From positions 1 through 64,000 of the forward strand of contig MEDY01000030.1 in NCBI GenBank assembly GCA_001724265.1: 64,000 nucleotides of DNA, given 5' to 3'. The notes under the pieces are model-generated. The model worked only from the letters and a program-made list of their open reading frames with translations, was not told the origin of the DNA and searched no databases. This document shows positions 59,185 through 64,000 of this stretch, one piece after another. Source of the DNA: Rhizaria sp. SCN 62-66 (taxonomy: Eukaryota). The position numbers were made by a program, and so were the translations under genes. Position 1 is the first letter of the stretch. The number at the start of each line of letters is the position of its first letter.

Positions 59185-62100
59185 AACGATCATGAGAATG
59201 CTGCAGCCGCAGGCCTCCCGCCGCCGACGCTCGAGTGCAGGAGCGCGCTTCTGGCCCGGCCGCGTGCGCTCGACACATTGGTCAGCATTGCGCTTATGGC
59301 GCCCGCAGCGCCCACCACGACCGCTCTTCTCGACTCACTTTTACGTTTTACCAACTACCTCTGGGTTCCTGCGGCTGGTGGCTGGAGCGACGCTCCTGAC
59401 ACTCAGACGAATGTCAACGCTCACACTGACGTTGGCGTGGATGCAGTTAATCCTCCTGATGCGTTCGCGGCTGCCTTTGCGGCGTCTGCGACACCTGCGC
59501 TTGCTGTAGCCCTAGCCCCAGCCCTAGCCCCAGCCCTAGCTTCCGCCCCAGTCGCGGCCACGCCGGCGCGTGTTGGCGCCTCTCCTGCACGCCCTGTTCG
59601 GGACGACGACCACGACTATGATGCTGTCGAGGGCGAAGGCAGCAGTGCACTGCCCTTCAGCTTCCCCGTTCCTGCCTCTGCTCCGGCCTCTGCGGCAGCC
59701 GCTGCTACTGGCAGTCTGCCTGCGACGCCCTCGTACCCGCAGCCCGCTATGCCCGCGCCCGCTGCCGCCAGCAGGAAGGACGAGGAAGATGAAGAGGATG
59801 AGAGAGAGTTCAACTACGACGACGCAGCCTTTAAGGCCGCGCCGATGGCAGTCAAAAACGCGGTCTCAGCGCAACAGGGCGACGTAAACATCTTTGCGGC
59901 TGCTTTCACGTCTCCTTATCCAGCCAGCGCTGTCCCGCCCGCGCCTGCGCCTGCGTTGCTGCCCCCAACCCAGCCGCACCCGCGGCCTGCACTGAGCTAC
60001 TCTGGCGTGGACGGTGATGATATTGTGGCCGCGTTTACTCGAGACCACACGTCGGACGCCAAGCCGTCCGCGGGCGACGTGGTGGGCTATGTGATGACGC
60101 TGCTGTCCGCCGGCGTACAAAATCACTGCAGCTTATTGGAAGAGCTTGCGCCGACTGACGCCGATTCGCTGGCCACCGCTGAGAGTAATTCAACGGCAAT
60201 CTTTCGCGCGCTCACCGCTTTGCGCGTCATTATCACGAATTTCCCAGATTTGCCGCAAGATATGATCTCGCCTAAGAATGTGTTAAGTATGGATTGCTCG
60301 TTCAAACTCTATGTACACGCTGCCAAAACGCTCTCAACGTTGGCATCGCGCCTTGCGCGTGCCCCACCGGGTCCCGCCGCTGGCGCCGCGCAGGCAGCGT
60401 GTTTGTCTGCTCTGACCGCCACTGATGCTATGCTGCTGGCCATCTTGCCGCACGAAGGACTTGTCACGTTTGCGCAGCGTTTAGGAACGGTCAGTGAGGG
60501 TGCCGCTATGTGCGACGGCGACGATGACGACGACAACAAGGGTGGAGATGACAGTGACGACGAGGACTGGTCCAGAATGAGTACGCAAAAAGTTGCGAGT
60601 TGCCTTCTTAGTCTTTTTTCGCTTAGGGTCCCGCGTTGCAGCGCAGATCAGAAAATCACGGAGACGATTATGGCTCTTTTGACGCAGCTACCTCCGATGC
60701 TCGCATTACGTTTTACCCAACAGCTGCTGCGCTGCGCTAGTACCAACGCCATGTCTGACACCAATACCAACGACGCTAACGCATGGACCAGGGCTGTGGC
60801 GGAGCATAGCGAGTTACCATCGATGCTTGTGCGTGTCCTGGACCAGTGGGCGGAGCGCGTGGACTCGGCTGCTCTGCCCGTCGATGGTATGATCACGACA
60901 GCATTGCACGCTGCGCGCGTACTTTGGTTCCTGCCGCTGCAGTCAACGTGCATTCAGCTTCTGACGCGCCTGCTTCCGCGCGCTACGCTGCGCCCCGTTC
61001 TCAATGCCGATGCCGCGTCAGCGCCAGTGCCTGTGCTCGCCCAAAGTTGGCTTGCAGTTGCTCGCAGCACTGGATCGATGATGCTCGAAGCCGCAGCGCG
61101 CGATGGGTGTGCAAGTAGTCCACATGTGTGGAACGACGACAAGGCTATGACAGTCGTGCAAGCCGCAGTGAGCACACTGACACTGGCGGCGCGATATCTG
61201 GCTCCGACTGAAACGTTGCCGCTGGCCGCAGTGCTCGATTCGGTTAAGCGTGTGACGACCGCGGGTGTCGTAGCTCCAGCGTGGTTGACCTCGGCGCTGT
61301 TGCCTGATCGTGTGGCCTCTGAGCTCGCAGTCGTTGGCGTTGCCGCGGAGGCGCTGCGCCTGCTTCTCCAAGTCGCGCACACACATCACGCTGCCGTGAT
61401 GCGCGCGCTCATCGCGCCGCTTTCGAGCAGCGCTGCTGCCATCTGGGTTGCGCGCGCGGGCGTGCTTCCGCCTGCACTGGCCGCGCCTGGCGCGAACTCG
61501 TACGCGGCCGCGGCGTGGGGCCCCAGCAGCGCTGTGATACCCCAGTCGCTGCTCGATCTGCTGCTCATGGGCGTCGTCGCTGCGGCGTCGTGCCCGCTGG
61601 TGCGTGCACTCGCGGGCAACACGGTGGCTCTGCTTGCGGTCGCTGATGATGCGCCCGTGTGGGGTCGCACGGCGACGGTATTACACGAACGCGTCGTTGC
61701 CGCGGTACGCAGGACGATGCCTGCGCTGGTGACGTCACTGCGGCCATGTTCGGGCCACCTGCTGCAGCTGTGGCGCACGCTCATACCCGCCGCACTGGCT
61801 GTTGCGGGGGAGAATGACGACCCGCTTGTGCTGCCGTCTTGCAGTGGCGCCATGGACGACGGCACAGAGTCTGTCATCGACTGGTTGCTTGGCCAACTCT
61901 CGTCAGCCAACGCGCTTGCTGAGGCGCCCGCTGCGACGAGCCGCGTCCGCGAGAGCAACGCCCCGCTGCTGGCCATGAATGTGGGGCCCTCGAAGTTCTT
62001 AACGGGCGTTTTTGCATGTGCGCCTGAGTGGTCACGGCCAGTTGCGTCCGACTCAGCTCACGACTCGTACGACGGACCCAACGAGACCACAGGGGGATTG

Positions 62101-64000
62101 CTGCAAGCGCTCCGGCTCTATTCGCTCTATGCCGGCGCTTACGCGCCCCACGCTCTGACCGCAGACGCCGCGGTTCCTGGCGGTGCTGCGCTTGCTGCGC
62201 GCCACAATACGATCCTGGGACCGGTGCGCAAGCGTGACAAGGCGGCTAGTGACCCCGTTAGAACTGCTATGGCAGTCGCATCCGCCTACGGCCGCCGCCT
62301 AGGGACGGTGCCTGATCATACCGCTGACGACGCAGCAGCGTCGGCTTCGGCGTCTGGGTCTGTGGTAGTGCCGATGTCGGTGGACGGCGAGGCGACACCT
62401 CTCGGTCAGATGCAGGCGACTCCTGTTGCGACGATGACGGACGCGACATCGATGGGCGAGACGGAGGGCGACCGACAGGCAGCAATGGCGTATGCCAGTG
62501 CTGCACACCAGCACAAGCGTTCTGTGTCAGCTGCATTCCAGCTCCGGGTGCGCCCCACGCTGCCCTCGTTCAGTGACGTGCTCACTGTCACTGTCATGGG
62601 CCTCGAGCTCACCCAGGACGATGACAACAAGGATAACACCGGCAATGCGCAAATCCAAGGCCGCGGGGTGTGGTCCAGTCTGACGAACGACGCGTTCACG
62701 CTTGCCGAGGCATCGCCCGACTTTGCCGCAGCTCTGCTGCTTTGCTGCCAGCTCGAGCGTGTCGCACGCGACGCCGCTGTAGCCCGGTGGGCTCAAGTTC
62801 CCGTGCTGCTGCGCAACCTCCTCACGCCCGCTGTGCCCGCGACCTGTGCGGCGCTGCCGTCGGCGCTCACGCTCGTGCAAGGCTTGCTGCTATCGGTTTC
62901 TCTCGTGGCGACGCCGGAGGATGTCCCGCGCGCGTTCGGTCCTCCATTGACGCGCGTGCACTCGCTGCCACTGTGCAGCTCGCCGGGACTGGCCGGCGCG
63001 GCGTGGTGTACGCTGCAGGCGCTGGCACAGGGCGCGCCGGCGCTGCAGCTGGCGTTGGCCCTGGCACTGTACGCCTTCTCACAGCGGCCGTGGGATCCGC
63101 TGGGTTTCCCTCGTTTTGACTGGCGCGGCACTGACACGCTGTCACTGGGACCGACCCGCTACGTGGGCCTTGTGAACGCTGGCTCGACGTGTTACATGAA
63201 CTCGCTGATGCAGCAACTCTTTATGACCCCTGCGTTCCGCGCCGCAGTGCTTGCTTGCCCCACAGGTGACATCGCCCTGGCCCAGGACGAGGATGGCAAT
63301 ACGTCTGCCCCGCCTGCTGCAGGTGAAGACGGTTGCCGTTCAACTCCCGCCGCAGCTGACGAAACGGAGTGCCTACTGTTCCAACTGCAGGCGTTGTTTG
63401 CGGCGCTGCAAGATGGAACACGGCCGCACCACGACCCTGTGTCGTTTGGTCGTGCGTACCGTGGCTTGGACCAACGGCCGATGAACGTCAACATCCAGAT
63501 GGACGCGTCCGAGTTCTTCTCGCTCATGTTTGACCAGCTTGAGGGCCGACTCAAGGCGCTCAACGCCGCGCGCGCGCCGCGGCCGCCTGTGCCGGACATG
63601 ATGCAGGCCGCGTTCCAGGGCGCGACCACAAACACCATCACGTGCTCGAACCCTGCTTGTGGGCACACGACACTGCGCGAAGACCCGTTCTTCATGCTGC
63701 CGCTTGAAGTCGTCGCTCACGCGTCCGTGCCGCAGGCACTGGACACGCTGTGCCGCGTAAGCATGGACCGCGCCGTGGTGTGCGACCGCTGCCGCGAGCA
63801 GCGGTCCACGCGGCAGCGCGTTACGCTGACGCGACTTCCCATGACGCTCGTCCTGCACTTGAAGCGCTTCCAGTTTAACGGGGAGATCATGTCCAAGGTC
63901 AACACCGCGTGCTCGTTCCCGCTTGTTTTGGATCTCGCACCCTACACGAATGTGAACCGTGAGTCTGACCAGCCGTGGCCCTGTGTCTACGTGCTGGCGG
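54370..64000 (+). CDS. Giant ubiquitin-specific protease (peptidase C19; USP9/24/34-like layout), 3'-truncated by the window, with in-frame TAGs at 54427 and 56197
   Basis: One frame runs from ATG 54370 to the window end, broken only by two TAGs. The ORF track lists no closed ORF in this frame after 56199, and spot translation is open. Cys box VGLVNAGSTCYMNS (Cys 63190-63192), QMDASEF, two Cys pairs (CSNPAC, CDRC) and LVLHLKRF...FPLVLDLAPY. Confidence 0.87.
59139..59178 (+). repeat. (GAC)n tract encoding poly-Asp inside the USP gene
   Basis: gacgacgatgacgacgacgac... in the USP reading frame. Confidence 0.8.

Noticed and set aside
59507-59540. gccctagcccca repeats containing TAG within the USP gene
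   Set aside because: The TAGs are out of frame (GCC CTA GCC CCA = ALAP repeats).

Overview
This is a gene-dense stretch of a eukaryotic (protist-like) nuclear genome with GC-rich coding regions, short AT-richer spacers and GT-AG introns of about 105-270 nt. I reconstruct 12 protein genes: NTF2, RRM1, PPC decarboxylase, an ankyrin/EF-hand protein, an XRN2-binding-domain protein, a Na+/H+ exchanger, a PrsW-like membrane protein, PIG-X, a ~6,900-aa cell-surface multi-TM protein, a ~3,180-aa two-cassette class III cyclase (probably guanylyl), a mitoferrin with a His-rich tail, and a giant USP deubiquitinase that runs off the window. The main result is that the organism appears to use a non-standard nuclear genetic code. 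Seven in-frame TAG codons interrupt four otherwise continuous genes (9587, 17651, 17654, 17660, 48292, 54427, 56197), mostly in Gln-rich or disordered contexts. All 11 complete genes end in TAA (5) or TGA (6), none in TAG. This points to UAG as a sense codon (probably Gln) with UAA still a stop, a rare UAG/UAA uncoupling. The amino acid is inferred from context, not from conserved alignment columns. I saw no tRNA, rRNA, CRISPR array or mobile element, and I cannot identify the organism from this window.
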